Origin: Eubacteriales bacterium
GTDB lineage: Bacteria; Bacillota; Clostridia; Oscillospirales; CAG-272
NCBI GenBank assembly: GCA_045587025.1
Contig: JAZNBK010000041.1
Coordinates: forward strand, 40,037-104,036
DNA: 64,000 nt
Direction: 5' to 3'
The translations under genes and the position numbers were made by a program. The notes beneath the pieces were generated by a model. That model saw only the letters and a program-made list of their open reading frames with translations. It ran no database searches and had not been told where the DNA came from. This document shows, in pieces, positions 14,201-22,405 of the stretch. Positions within the stretch are counted from its first letter, which is position 1; every line of letters begins with the position of its first letter.

Positions 14201-15136
14201 GGCGATAAGCTCGCCCGTAATAACGCTTACGACAGGGCGCGCAAGCACGAAGCCCCTGATACGGTTCGCCAAAGCAAGCTTCTTATCGAACTTGTAACGT
14301 CCGACAGGCGCTAAATCGTAGCGCTTGGGATCAAAGAACAAGTTATTGACCAAAAGCTGAGCGCTCTCTATAATAGGCGGTTCGCCTGGACGAAGCTTTC
14401 TGTAAATTTCCTTAAGGGCTTCCTCTCCGAGAGTCGTATGTTCCGCTTCTGCATTTTTCGCACATTCGTCCTTTGAAAAGGTAGCGCGAAGTATTTCCTC
14501 GTCGCCGAACATTTCAATAATGCTTTCATCGGACTCCTCGCCGAGCGCACGAATCAGAACCGTTATCGGAATTTTTCTGGTTTTATCAATTTTTACGTAG
14601 AAAACGTTGCTTGCGTCTGTTTCATACTCAAGCCACGCTCCTCTATAAGGGATAACAGTGTTTTTATAGCTGTGATTTCCCGACTTATCCACCTCGCAGA
14701 GATAATATATACCGGGAGAACGAACAAGCTGAGAAACGATAACGCGCTCCGCACCGTTAATGACGAACGTTCCGTTTTCGGTCATAAGAGGGAAATTGCC
14801 CATATAAATATCGGACTGCTTCAACTCTCCCGTCTCTTTATTCGTCAATCTTACAGACACTTTAAGCGGTGCTTCGTAGGTAGCGTCTCTTTCCTTGCAT
14901 TCCTCGACCGAGTATCTCGGCTTAGAGTCAATAGAAAAGTCAACAAAGTTGATTTCAAGGTTGCCTGAATAATCCACAATAGGAGAAACATCCTTAAGAA
15001 CCTCAAACATTCCCTCTTCTAAAAACCACTTAAATGACTTTTTCTGAACCTCAATAAGATTTGGCATATCAAGCGCTTCATCAATCTTAGAAAAACTCAT
15101 TCTAACATTAGTGCCAAGCTTTTGGGGTTTTAGCAT
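11249..15136 (-). CDS. rpoB: DNA-directed RNA polymerase subunit beta
   Basis: The track ORF starts at TTG 15169. ATG 15136 is preceded by GGAGTGG (15144-15150) and gives [18 protein letters not shown]. Motifs [15 protein letters not shown] and PSRMNIGQV. Long acidic C-terminal tail. Confidence 0.98.
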   Translation of the reverse strand: MLKPQKLGTNVRMSFSKIDEALDMPNLIEVQKKSFKWFLEEGMFEVLKDVSPIVDYSGNLEINFVDFSIDSKPRYSVEECKERDATYEAPLKVSVRLTNKETGELKQSDIYMGNFPLMTENGTFVINGAERVIVSQLVRSPGIYYLCEVDKSGNHSYKNTVIPYRGAWLEYETDASNVFYVKIDKTRKIPITVLIRALGEESDESIIEMFGDEEILRATFSKDECAKNAEAEHTTLGEEALKEIYRKLRPGEPPIIESAQLLVNNLFFDPKRYDLAPVGRYKFDKKLALANRIRGFVLARPVVSVITGELIADAGDIISRDLAEKIEHSAVNEVYINNEAGAEVKVFANGTVEPEYVLGYNLKDCGINEKVRYSVLCDIISAAEGDEEQIKAMAKERIAELCPKHITKDDIFSSINYLLNLTHGVGSFDDIDHLGNRRLRCVGELLQNQMRIGMSKMDKNIKERMSVHDSEDMTPQNLINTRPVATAIREFFGSSPLSQFMDQNNPLAELTHKRRLSALGPGGLSRDRASFDVRDVHYTHYGRMCPIETPEGPNIGLISYLATYAKINDYGFLEAPYRKVDKATGRVTSEIEYMTADIEDSYIIAQANEELDENGCFVNKRVIARDKSEIIEVDRNKIDYMDASPKMVVSVATAMIPFLENDDNTRALMGSNMQKQAVPLMMTDSPYIATGMEYKAAVDSGAVVVAREGGVVERVDSDSITILTDSGKKETYHLIKFKRSNQGTCVNQRPIVKQGEQIIKGQVIADGPATSNGEISLGKNALIGFMTWEGYNYEDAVLLNEKLVREDTYTSIHIEEHSVEARDTKLGPQEITREVPNVGDDALKDLDEEGIVKIGTEVRAGDILVGKVTPKGETELTPEERLLRAIFGEKAREVRDSSLRLPHGESGIVVDVKVFDRSNSDDLAPGVNKVVRVYIAQKRKISVGDKMAGRHGNKGVVSRILPPEDMPFLSDGTPLDIVLNPLGVPSRMNIGQVLEVHLGLAAKKLGVKIMTPVFDGANEKDIVEFLRQAGYARDIRDGENVKGKALFIEVTDENGNIDLQRVDSEIEQDEEKLNAFRKENNVKVIDGKMTLYDGRTGDAFDNPVTVGIMYYLKLHHLVDDKIHARSNGPYSLVTQQPLGGKAQFGGQRFGEMEVWALEAYGAAYTLQEILTVKSDDVTGRVKTYEAIVKGQNIPTPGIPESFKVLVKELQSLALDVRVLDENGEEIELSQLVDDDDLPELPVIEETENISSSETVDEEYELSDEDDYSEDEEFDDSYEDVFEEASDDLESDEDIL

Positions 15137-15214
15137 AGTAGAACCACTCCATTCCAATAAATTTTTCAAAAATAAATACGTACCCTATTTACACGAATTT
15201 CGACAAGCAACGAA

Positions 15215-15258
15215 ACATAATTTACACAAATTTTACATAAGTTTTACATAAGTTTTAC
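15215..15258. repeat. Four tandem 11-bp units in the rpoB 5' leader
   Basis: Plus-strand units are acataatttac, acaaattttac, ataagttttac and ataagttttac. Each ends in tac, at 15225, 15236, 15247 and 15258, so the period is exactly 11 nt. Confidence 0.9.
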
Positions 15259-15321
15259 TCTTGAACAAACTATGAACGAAATGAAAAATTCGCAAAATAG
15301 GCGAGTATAATGCAATTTAGT

Positions 15322-15350
15322 ATTGTATCACAAATATTACCATTTGTCAA
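15322..15350 (-). promoter_or_regulatory. sigmaA-type promoter of rpoBC
   Basis: The minus strand reads TTGACA (15350-15345), a 17-nt spacer, then TACAAT (15327-15322). An AT-rich UP-like region lies upstream. The leader is ~180 nt. Confidence 0.65.
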
Positions 15351-15581
15351 GCATTTTCAAATAATTTGTAAAAAAATATTTTTTAGGCAATTAAACCAAC
15401 CAAAAAAAGAAAAAATATGCAAAATACACAAACAAATGCGCTGTTAAAATGAATTTTTAATATCAGAACTGTATTTGCTTCAAAAAAAAGAAATAAAAAA
15501 TGACGTTCCCCCACGTTAATTGAGGAAACGCCGTTTGTTTAATATTTGTTAATTTTTAAAAAACGCATAGGTTTTACGGTT

Positions 15582-16265
15582 TCACATAAACAGGCAGAGC
15601 AGAATAGGCAAGAAAATCGCAGGAATTAAATTCGCCGTACGAATTTTGGTAACGCCGAGCATATTAAGACCTATTGCGACAATCACCAAAGATCCGACAC
15701 AGGAAATTTCATTCATCATTGTGGGAGGCAGATGCGTGAGAAACAGCAGGGCAAACAAGGATATTGAGCCCTGATATACAAGCAAGGCAAGCGAGGAAAA
15801 GGCGCATCCTATACCCATGGTACTCGCCATTATAAGACAGGAAATCATATCTATTACTGCCTTTGCAAGTATAGTATCAGGGTTCCCCATAGCGTCCTCA
15901 ATAGCTCCTACTATCGCCATTGAGCCAACGCAGAAAAGAAGCGTACAGCTCACAAAGCCCTCGGCGACAGAAACGCTTTCATCGTTATGCTTCACCTTGG
16001 ACTGAAGGAAGTCGCCCAACCTGTTCACGTATTTCTCTATATTTATAAGCTCGCCTATAAGCGCGCCAACGCCGAGAGAGATAATAGCTATCAGAACGTT
16101 CTCTCCTTCAAGCGCGCCCGAAACGCCTATGAAAAATACGCAAAGCGCCATACCGTGTAATATTGTTTGGCTCACTCTTTGGGGTATTCCCTTTTTAAGA
16201 CGCGAACCGACAATGCCTGCTATCGCCACCAAGGCGGCGTTCACAAGCGTTCCAAGCATAAACAT
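15582..16265 (-). CDS. DUF554-family membrane protein
   Basis: 227 aa with about 6-7 TM segments. The N-terminus MFMLGTLVNAALVAIAGIVGSRLKKGIP is typical of the YdfK/YqgA (DUF554) family as I recall it. RBS agagga lies 6 nt before the ATG. Confidence 0.75.
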   Translation of the reverse strand: MFMLGTLVNAALVAIAGIVGSRLKKGIPQRVSQTILHGMALCVFFIGVSGALEGENVLIAIISLGVGALIGELINIEKYVNRLGDFLQSKVKHNDESVSVAEGFVSCTLLFCVGSMAIVGAIEDAMGNPDTILAKAVIDMISCLIMASTMGIGCAFSSLALLVYQGSISLFALLFLTHLPPTMMNEISCVGSLVIVAIGLNMLGVTKIRTANLIPAIFLPILLCLFM

Positions 16266-16319
16266 ATTCTGTCCTCTTTATGTATCTTATAGAAATATTT
16301 GCATTTAAAACACGAAAGG

Positions 16320-16348
16320 ATTATAGCACAAGAGGTTAAACATTTCAA
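16320..16348 (-). promoter_or_regulatory. Promoter of DUF554 gene
   Basis: The minus strand reads TTGAAA (16348-16343), a 17-nt spacer, then TGcTATAAT (extended -10; TATAAT 16325-16320). It begins 8 nt after the wecB stop. Confidence 0.55.
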
Positions 16349-16355
16349 TACTTTT

Positions 16356-17456
16356 TTAGAATTTTATCTTTTCCTTCAATATTTTTACGATTTGAGAAGA
16401 AACTCTGCCGTCGCCGTAGGAATACGCAGACGAGCGCATTTTAATATATTCTTCCCTGCTTTCAATGAGGCGTTTCGTATTAATATAAATCTCATCTGTT
16501 TCCGTACCGACCAGCTTCATAATTCCGCTCATACATCCCTCGCTCCGCTCCGTAGTATCTCGCATAATAAGCATAGGCACTCCGAGCGTTGCCGCCTCCT
16601 CCTGTATCCCTCCGCTATCACTCAAAACGAGAAACGATTTGGACAAAACGTTTTGAAAGTCATACACCGACATTGGCTCTGACAGAATTACGTTTTCAAC
16701 ACCCGAAAGATTTGGAACTATCAAAGAGCGAACGGCAGGATTAGGATGCATCGGGCAAATAATTTTCAAGCTCGGATATTCGGCGGCTATACGCCTCACC
16801 GCTAAACACATATTCAAAATCGGCCTTCCTATATTTTCCCTTCTGTGAGCGGTAAAGAGTATTATCTTTTTGCCCTTTTCCAGAAGCGCGTTTTTATAGG
16901 ATGCCGTTACCGTATAACGCAAGGCGTCCGTCACCGTGTTCCCTACGACGAAAATATTTTCTTCCTTTTTTCTTAATGATATTAAATTATCTTTGGCGGC
17001 AATAGTTGGCGCAAAGCAATAGTCGGCAATCAGATCTATCGCCGCCCTGTTCCATTCCTCAGGGAAAGGCGAATTTACGTCAAACGAACGAAGCCCCGCT
17101 TCTATATGAACGATAGGTATTTTTTGGTAGAATGCAGCCAAGGCAGACGCAAATGCAGTGAGGGTATCTCCGTGAACGATTACAATTTTGGGATTTACTG
17201 TTAAAATCACCTCTGCATAGGCAAGCAGAGCGTTCGCCGTCAGATTTGTAATATCGCTTTTCCCCTCGCAAATCCTCAGATTTTTATCAGGGATTATTTT
17301 AAAAAAGTCGAGGACGTCGTCTGCAAGCGTACTATGCTGCCCCGAATGACATACGTAAAGAGAAAATCCGCTCTCCTTTTTCAATTCGATAATCAACGGG
17401 GCTAACTTTATTGCTTCAGGACGCGTACCAAAGGACACAAATATTTTTTCACTCAT
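16356..17456 (-). CDS. wecB: UDP-N-acetylglucosamine 2-epimerase (non-hydrolysing)
   Basis: 366 aa. FGTRPEAIKLAPL, HSGQH, VHGDT, HIEAGLRSF...PFPEEWNR. Confidence 0.9.
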   Translation of the reverse strand: MSEKIFVSFGTRPEAIKLAPLIIELKKESGFSLYVCHSGQHSTLADDVLDFFKIIPDKNLRICEGKSDITNLTANALLAYAEVILTVNPKIVIVHGDTLTAFASALAAFYQKIPIVHIEAGLRSFDVNSPFPEEWNRAAIDLIADYCFAPTIAAKDNLISLRKKEENIFVVGNTVTDALRYTVTASYKNALLEKGKKIILFTAHRRENIGRPILNMCLAVRRIAAEYPSLKIICPMHPNPAVRSLIVPNLSGVENVILSEPMSVYDFQNVLSKSFLVLSDSGGIQEEAATLGVPMLIMRDTTERSEGCMSGIMKLVGTETDEIYINTKRLIESREEYIKMRSSAYSYGDGRVSSQIVKILKEKIKF

Positions 17457-17570
17457 CGTCGCTCTCCTTTCATCTTAATATATGAAAGGAATAAACAAAA
17501 AAATTACCGAAAAGCCCTCTGTCATCAAAGGAAAGAATTCGCTTTCTTGTAAAAAACTTAAAATTTTTAG

Positions 17571-17598
17571 TTGATTTTTATATAATATATGGTATAAT
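17571..17598 (+). promoter_or_regulatory. Promoter of amidase gene
   Basis: TTGATT (17571-17576), a 16-nt spacer, then TGgTATAAT (TATAAT 17593-17598). Confidence 0.5.
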
Positions 17599-17635
17599 TA
17601 AATGTATTCATATTGCTTTAAATAACGGAGTTTTA

Positions 17636-19642
17636 ATGAAAAAACTATTATTTTTATTGCTTTTTTTAATGCTTTTTCTAACGGGCTGCGGCTTCAACGC
17701 AGAAAACGTTATATTTGAAGATGCGGAATTTATATATGACGGCACCGAAAAAAGCATTTTTTGCAAATCTAAAATTCCCGAAAACATAAATTTAATATAT
17801 GAAAACAACTCTGCGACAGAGGCGGGAAGCTACACTACGTTGCTTTCCATATACGATAAAGACGGAGAGCTTTTAGCCGAAAAGAGCGCCACTCTTACGA
17901 TAAAAAAAGCCACCTACGACATGAGCTCCGTTACATTTGAAAGCAAAGAGGTTTCATACAACGGAAAAGAGCATACCATTTCTGTTTCTTCTCTTCTGCC
18001 CGAGGGAGTGTCGGTTTCTTATTCGCAAAATTCCTACAAAAACGCAGGCACATACACCGTTACCGCCTACTTTTCCGGTGATGAAAAAAACTACGAAAAA
18101 ATACCAAACATGTCCGCCGTTTTGACTATTCTGCCGATAGAGCCGAACCCTACATTCACCCTGCAAAACAGCTTTTTGCACTCGGCTTCAATTCCCGATT
18201 TGAAATCAGATATTGAAGGCAAGGCGGTCTTGGGAGAGAACCAATCGCTTGTACCGGGAACAAACGTATATTACTTCGATTTTTATCCAAAAAGCACTAA
18301 CTACAAAACGAAATTCGACATCCCGATTTCATTGACGGTAAAGTCATCGGTCAATTACATATCCGATAATTACAGCGTAGTAGAATACGTAGATTACGGA
18401 AAAACCGTCAAAAGCGTTTCTCTCTCGACCTACGAAAAGGATAACACTCTAAAGATTTTTTCACACTGGTCTAAAACGCAAAACGGCGCGCCTTTCGATT
18501 TTTCATCTCCCATTTATTCAGACCTGTCGTTATACGGAGTGTTTAAAACAGAAGCAAAAAAATATGTTAATCTGCATCACTCCGAATCAAACGTCAAGCG
18601 CTTCGGATACTATTCATATCTTTTTCCGGCAAAATTACCTGAGATAAACGATAATCTTTTTCTTGGATGGTATAAAGAACCGTCTTATTACGCAGAAAAG
18701 GTCGTCGCCCTTAGTGATGCAAGCATTAGCGATTTGTACGCTATGTATATTCCGAAGGTAATTCTTAACGAAAACGAGAAGCTGTGGGCGCCAATCAAAG
18801 ACGACTCGCCTAAAACGACCGCAACGGAAGATCTACTCACAAGCGCTTTAACAGATCTCCACCTGCAATTCATAAAAAATCATTCTCTTTCCACAGACGA
18901 ATATTTTTGCTATCTCAAAAACCTAAGTGACAAGCATCTGTTCATAACGAAAGGCGATAGTGAATATGAAATATATCACTTGGAATATTCGCCCTCTATC
19001 CAAATTCCAGACGAAGAGAGCGTAACTGTATTCGGAGATGAGACAAGGGGGCTTATCGTCACTGTAAAAAGAGATATTACGGCAAGGGATTTGGGCATTC
19101 TTATCTGCCTTGACGCAGGGCACGGAGGCAAAGACCCCGGAGCAGTTTCGGGACAAATTCGCGAGGCGGACATTGCCCTTTCGGTCATAAAGCTTCTTGC
19201 CGAAAAATGCGAGAGACAGGGCTTTTCCGTCCTGCTTACAAGAAGCTCTGACGTCTTTGTTGAGCTTATAGACAGATGCAAAATAGCTAATAAAGCAAAC
19301 TCCGACATTTTCGTTTCCGTCCACTGTAATTCTGCTACGAATTCAATAGCAAACGGCACTGAGGTCTATTACGCCTATGGCACAAAAAGCCAACTGCTCG
19401 CCTATAGCGTATACAACAAAATGATAAGCGCGGTCCCTCTGACGGACAGGGGGGTAAAAACTCAAAACTATACGGTAATAAAGGATACGAATATGCCCGC
19501 AATTCTATGCGAGCTCGCGTTCATTTCAAACAGAAACGACCTTTTGGTTCTCGCCGATCCAGACAGCCAAGAAAAGTGGGCAGAGGCGATCTGCAAAGGC
19601 ATCTGCTCCTATTACGGGGTTCCTTATCTGGAATTTGAATAA
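17636..19642 (+). CDS. Lipoprotein N-acetylmuramoyl-L-alanine amidase (Amidase_3 type) with repeat-domain N-terminal region
   Basis: 668 aa. Signal peptide plus lipobox (LFLTGCG). Two ~90-aa internal repeats (YDGTEKS..AGSYT..LTIKKA and YNGKEHT..AGTYT..LTILPI). Two repeat-like segments (FSHWSKTQNGAPFDF...LYGVF and FLGWYKEPSYY...LYAMY). C-terminal amidase core (CLDAGHGGKDPGAV, VSVHCNS, GTEVYY, CELAFISN). Confidence 0.85.
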   Translation: MKKLLFLLLFLMLFLTGCGFNAENVIFEDAEFIYDGTEKSIFCKSKIPENINLIYENNSATEAGSYTTLLSIYDKDGELLAEKSATLTIKKATYDMSSVTFESKEVSYNGKEHTISVSSLLPEGVSVSYSQNSYKNAGTYTVTAYFSGDEKNYEKIPNMSAVLTILPIEPNPTFTLQNSFLHSASIPDLKSDIEGKAVLGENQSLVPGTNVYYFDFYPKSTNYKTKFDIPISLTVKSSVNYISDNYSVVEYVDYGKTVKSVSLSTYEKDNTLKIFSHWSKTQNGAPFDFSSPIYSDLSLYGVFKTEAKKYVNLHHSESNVKRFGYYSYLFPAKLPEINDNLFLGWYKEPSYYAEKVVALSDASISDLYAMYIPKVILNENEKLWAPIKDDSPKTTATEDLLTSALTDLHLQFIKNHSLSTDEYFCYLKNLSDKHLFITKGDSEYEIYHLEYSPSIQIPDEESVTVFGDETRGLIVTVKRDITARDLGILICLDAGHGGKDPGAVSGQIREADIALSVIKLLAEKCERQGFSVLLTRSSDVFVELIDRCKIANKANSDIFVSVHCNSATNSIANGTEVYYAYGTKSQLLAYSVYNKMISAVPLTDRGVKTQNYTVIKDTNMPAILCELAFISNRNDLLVLADPDSQEKWAEAICKGICSYYGVPYLEFE

Positions 19643-19680
19643 GCGCATTACAAATTAATTTTCTCATCAATAAAAGCAAA

Positions 19681-19712
19681 AAGGAAATCTCGCAAAAGAT
19701 TTCCTTTTTTTG
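19681..19712 (+). terminator. Amidase gene intrinsic terminator
   Basis: aaggaaatct (19681-19690) pairs with agatttcctt (19697-19706), followed by a T-run to 19711. Confidence 0.85.
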
Positions 19713-19724
19713 TTGTATAAGGAT

Positions 19725-19754
19725 ACAGCCAGCGCCGATCAAGGCACTGGCTGT
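19725..19754. terminator. Second GC-rich hairpin in the convergent gap
   Basis: acagccag (19725-19732) pairs with ctggctgt (19747-19754), with 3 further inner pairs. On the + strand it is followed by tatttgtt. It could serve the 417-aa gene (stop 19780) from the minus side, but there is no U-tract there. Confidence 0.4.
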
Positions 19755-19779
19755 TATTTGTTAAATCAGATACAAATTA

Positions 19780-21033
19780 TTATTCGTCTTCCTTTTTGCT
19801 AAGATATGAAAAATCACGCAAATCAATGGTTTCGCCATCCACAGTTATCTTTTTACCATTTTTCCAAGAAATAGAGCTTTTTACCGGAATTTTAGTAATG
19901 CGTGGGTTTTCGTCAATCTTAACGTCAGATTTGATAAATGTATTTTTACCTAATGCAACGTGATACCCATCTCTCTTCTCGTCATTTGAAATGTCACGTT
20001 CAACATTCCATTTAGGTTGTTTCTTCTTCGTAATGTGAGCAATACAGCACCATAAAGCAGATTTCAATAAAAACGGCACTTCGAATTCGCATCTGCTTCG
20101 ATTATCCCGTTGATTACCTTCTAACCCGGAAAATATGTAGAGATGTTCAATGTTGTCTGGAAAATGCTTTAAGATAGTATCGCCGCTTACTAAAAAATAG
20201 CAATCGCCGGTAAGTTCAAGCGCTTTGTTTACAAATTCAACTAACAAGCAAAAAGGCAAATTACCAACAATATATTTCGTTTCTGCCGGCAAATCCTTTT
20301 TGTCAAACGCTAAGAAATCCTGTTCTTTGACTTTTTTTGTCGTCGGCAAAATATCAATCGACATCCCCTTGCCATCCAACCATCGGCCGTCAGAGGCGCA
20401 AGGGTCGAGACACTTATCTTTGTCAAGTTTCGTTATGTTAAAGAACTGTTCAATAACATCTTTTGGCGTGAGCCATAGATCAATAAATTCAATTTTTTCA
20501 GAGCACAAGGCGTCACGAGCCTGTTTTGAACCGCTTGCTTTATAACCGCTTTTGGTAATTTTTTCATTTTCCTCAATTGTGATAATATCCAATGACTGCT
20601 GGTTTAGGATATCTCTATATTCGCTAACATCTGCCGTTGGATCATCTTCGCACAAATCAAACATTTTTTTAAGCACTGCCTTGTTTGGCATATTATGATC
20701 CGCTGTTACGTATTGTCCAAGAGCATGGGCAGTTTCAACGTCTTTCGCATTTGAAGAGAAAAAGTTTTTATACTTTTTCCTTAGTTGTGTCGGCGTAAGA
20801 ATGAAATAATCATAAGGAAGAACCTCGTGATCCAAGCATACCTGAAGCGCATCCTTTGAAATTCTGATATTATTAATGGGGCGAGGCATTAGCAGCCTTG
20901 TCATAATACCGCCGCTGTTTCCTCCCCCACGAAGAATTTCTTTTTTCGCAGAAGGATCGTTGTGAGCTACAATGATACATTCCCTGCACGCCTCGGCTAA
21001 ACCTTTTGTAATTCTGTTTATATTGTTGTTCAT
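19780..21033 (-). CDS. Hypothetical fusion protein: unknown N-terminal domain plus class-I SAM methyltransferase-like core (TaqI/gamma-type adenine-MTase-like motifs)
   Basis: 417 aa. Residues 188-219 read LTPKDVIEQFFNITKLDKDKCLDPCASDGRWL (TP...(L)DPxxxxGxW(L), compare M.TaqI EPACAHGPFL from memory). SIDILP and EQDFL follow, then IVGNLPF (20251-20271) in the position of the (N/D)PP(Y/F) motif. I do not recognise the N-terminal ~185 aa or the C-terminal ~90 aa. RBS aggag lies 7 nt before the ATG. Composition is AT-rich. Confidence 0.6.
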   Translation of the reverse strand: MNNNINRITKGLAEACRECIIVAHNDPSAKKEILRGGGNSGGIMTRLLMPRPINNIRISKDALQVCLDHEVLPYDYFILTPTQLRKKYKNFFSSNAKDVETAHALGQYVTADHNMPNKAVLKKMFDLCEDDPTADVSEYRDILNQQSLDIITIEENEKITKSGYKASGSKQARDALCSEKIEFIDLWLTPKDVIEQFFNITKLDKDKCLDPCASDGRWLDGKGMSIDILPTTKKVKEQDFLAFDKKDLPAETKYIVGNLPFCLLVEFVNKALELTGDCYFLVSGDTILKHFPDNIEHLYIFSGLEGNQRDNRSRCEFEVPFLLKSALWCCIAHITKKKQPKWNVERDISNDEKRDGYHVALGKNTFIKSDVKIDENPRITKIPVKSSISWKNGKKITVDGETIDLRDFSYLSKKEDE

Positions 21034-21110
21034 ATAGAAACTCCTATAGATCTAATTGCTTTGCGTCTTAGCATCTAAGGTCCTTTTTCTCCAAGCTTTC
21101 TCTCGTTTTC

Positions 21111-21398
21111 TTAGTTTGCAGATCTTTTTACTGACCTAAGCTCCGCCTTGAGCGCTTTTATTTTCTCTTTTCTTTGCTTTTTTATTTTCTTTGAAGCTGA
21201 AAAGGCAGATAAGGTACACAAAGCAAGTAAAAGCCAGACGATTATTTTCAAAATATCAAAATCAAAACTTCCCTTTGTCGCAAAATGAAAAACCGGTTCT
21301 TTCGCTTCCTTGTTTTTAAAAAGCGACGCGGAAAAATCATGCTTTTCCGAAATTACAGGACGAAGACCGTCTGTTATACATTTGATTTTTTCGTACAT
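21111..21398 (-). CDS. Hypothetical small single-pass membrane protein
   Basis: 95 aa. One TM segment (ILKIIVWLLLALCTLSAFSA) followed by a Lys/Arg-rich helix (KKIKKQRKEKIKALKAELRSVKR). RBS ggaaaggaag. It lies 77 nt upstream of the 417-aa gene on the same strand. Confidence 0.55.
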   Translation of the reverse strand: MYEKIKCITDGLRPVISEKHDFSASLFKNKEAKEPVFHFATKGSFDFDILKIIVWLLLALCTLSAFSASKKIKKQRKEKIKALKAELRSVKRSAN

Positions 21399-21434
21399 AA
21401 TACAGCTTCCTTTCCAAAATCCATCTATAATATT

Positions 21435-21463
21435 ATATTATCACATATTCTTTCATCAGTCAA
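21435..21463 (-). promoter_or_regulatory. Promoter of the 95-aa / 417-aa cassette
   Basis: The minus strand reads TTGACT (21463-21458), a 17-nt spacer, then TGaTAATAT (TAATAT 21440-21435). It lies ~37 nt upstream of ATG 21398. Confidence 0.5.
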
Positions 21464-21536
21464 TAGTAATTGCCATAACTAAAGATTTTCTTATAATATT
21501 ATCCCCGTTTCGCGCTCTTATATTCTGTTTTAACGC

Positions 21537-22193
21537 TTATTGCTTTTTCGTGACGGCGAGAGCGCAGATCGGTACGCCTTTTGAGGAAAAATTCATCTCG
21601 TACTCGGTCATAACGTTGTCAATTGCATACTCCGAGGAATGCAGGTCGTAGGTTATATAATCACATTCGTAACCAAGCGCCGCAAGCTCGCCAAGTGAAA
21701 ACTCGAAGAGAACCTTGTTGTCGGTCTTAAAGAATATTTTCCCACCCGTCTTTAAAAGAGAAAAATAGACGCAAAGAAACGTCCTGTAGGTTAAACGCCG
21801 TTTCGCATATCCCTTTTTCGGCCAAGGATCGCTGAAATTCAAATATATCGCATCAAGTGAAGCTTGAGAAAAAATCTCGGGAAGCTCCTCTGCTCTCGCT
21901 ATCATAAAACGCAGATTGTCTGACGTCCTCTCCTCCGCCGTCGCTTTCGCCTTTTCTACGGCAATGACCATAACGTCATGAACTCTTTCCAGCGCTACAA
22001 GATAAGCATTTGGGTGCTTTTTTGCCATACCGCAAGCAAATCCGCCCTTTCCGCATCCTATTTCAAGCCAAAGCTCTCCCTCTCCCGCAAATACGTCCTT
22101 CGCAGATGAAATCGGCTCTTCTCTTTTTTCCAAAAGAAATTCCTTGCACGCCTCTAATCTCTGCGGTCCGTTCTTCTTTTTTCTCATTCTCAT
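21537..22193 (-). CDS. trmB: tRNA (guanine46-N7)-methyltransferase
   Basis: The track ORF (to 22274) is over-extended. ATG 22193 (or 22187) gives MRMRKKKNGPQRLE... Motifs LEIGCGKGGF and FSDPWPKKGYAKRRL. Confidence 0.9.
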   Translation of the reverse strand: MRMRKKKNGPQRLEACKEFLLEKREEPISSAKDVFAGEGELWLEIGCGKGGFACGMAKKHPNAYLVALERVHDVMVIAVEKAKATAEERTSDNLRFMIARAEELPEIFSQASLDAIYLNFSDPWPKKGYAKRRLTYRTFLCVYFSLLKTGGKIFFKTDNKVLFEFSLGELAALGYECDYITYDLHSSEYAIDNVMTEYEMNFSSKGVPICALAVTKKQ

Positions 22194-22294
22194 ATATTTT
22201 ACCCTATTTCTTATTTTTAAATTGATTTTTAAATGTAATAAGCGCCTGTTTGCCGTACTCATCGAAAGAAGCAAACAAGCGCTTTATTTTATAA

Positions 22295-22399
22295 TTATAA
22301 ATACATTATAATTCCCGCAATTGCTCCTCCAACCATTAAAAAGGCGAGAAAAAGCGCAAGCACACGAAATGCAATTTTAGCGCGTTCTTGTTTTTTCAT
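22295..22399 (-). CDS. Candidate 34-aa hydrophobic peptide (small ORF below the track cutoff)
   Basis: The ORF encodes MKKQERAKIAFRVLALFLAFLMVGGAIAGIIMYL followed by a stop codon. ATG 22399 is preceded by GGAGG (8-nt spacer), which overlaps the stop of the mreB-like gene. The product has a basic N-terminus followed by one TM helix. Confidence 0.45.
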   Translation of the reverse strand: MKKQERAKIAFRVLALFLAFLMVGGAIAGIIMYL

Positions 22400-22405
22400 A
22401 TTCTC

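Noticed and set aside
15199-15205. Perfect Spo0A-box heptamer (TGTCGAA on the minus strand) in the rpoB leader.
   Set aside because: A single 7-mer is expected several times by chance in 64 kb on two strands. There is no second box or supporting context.
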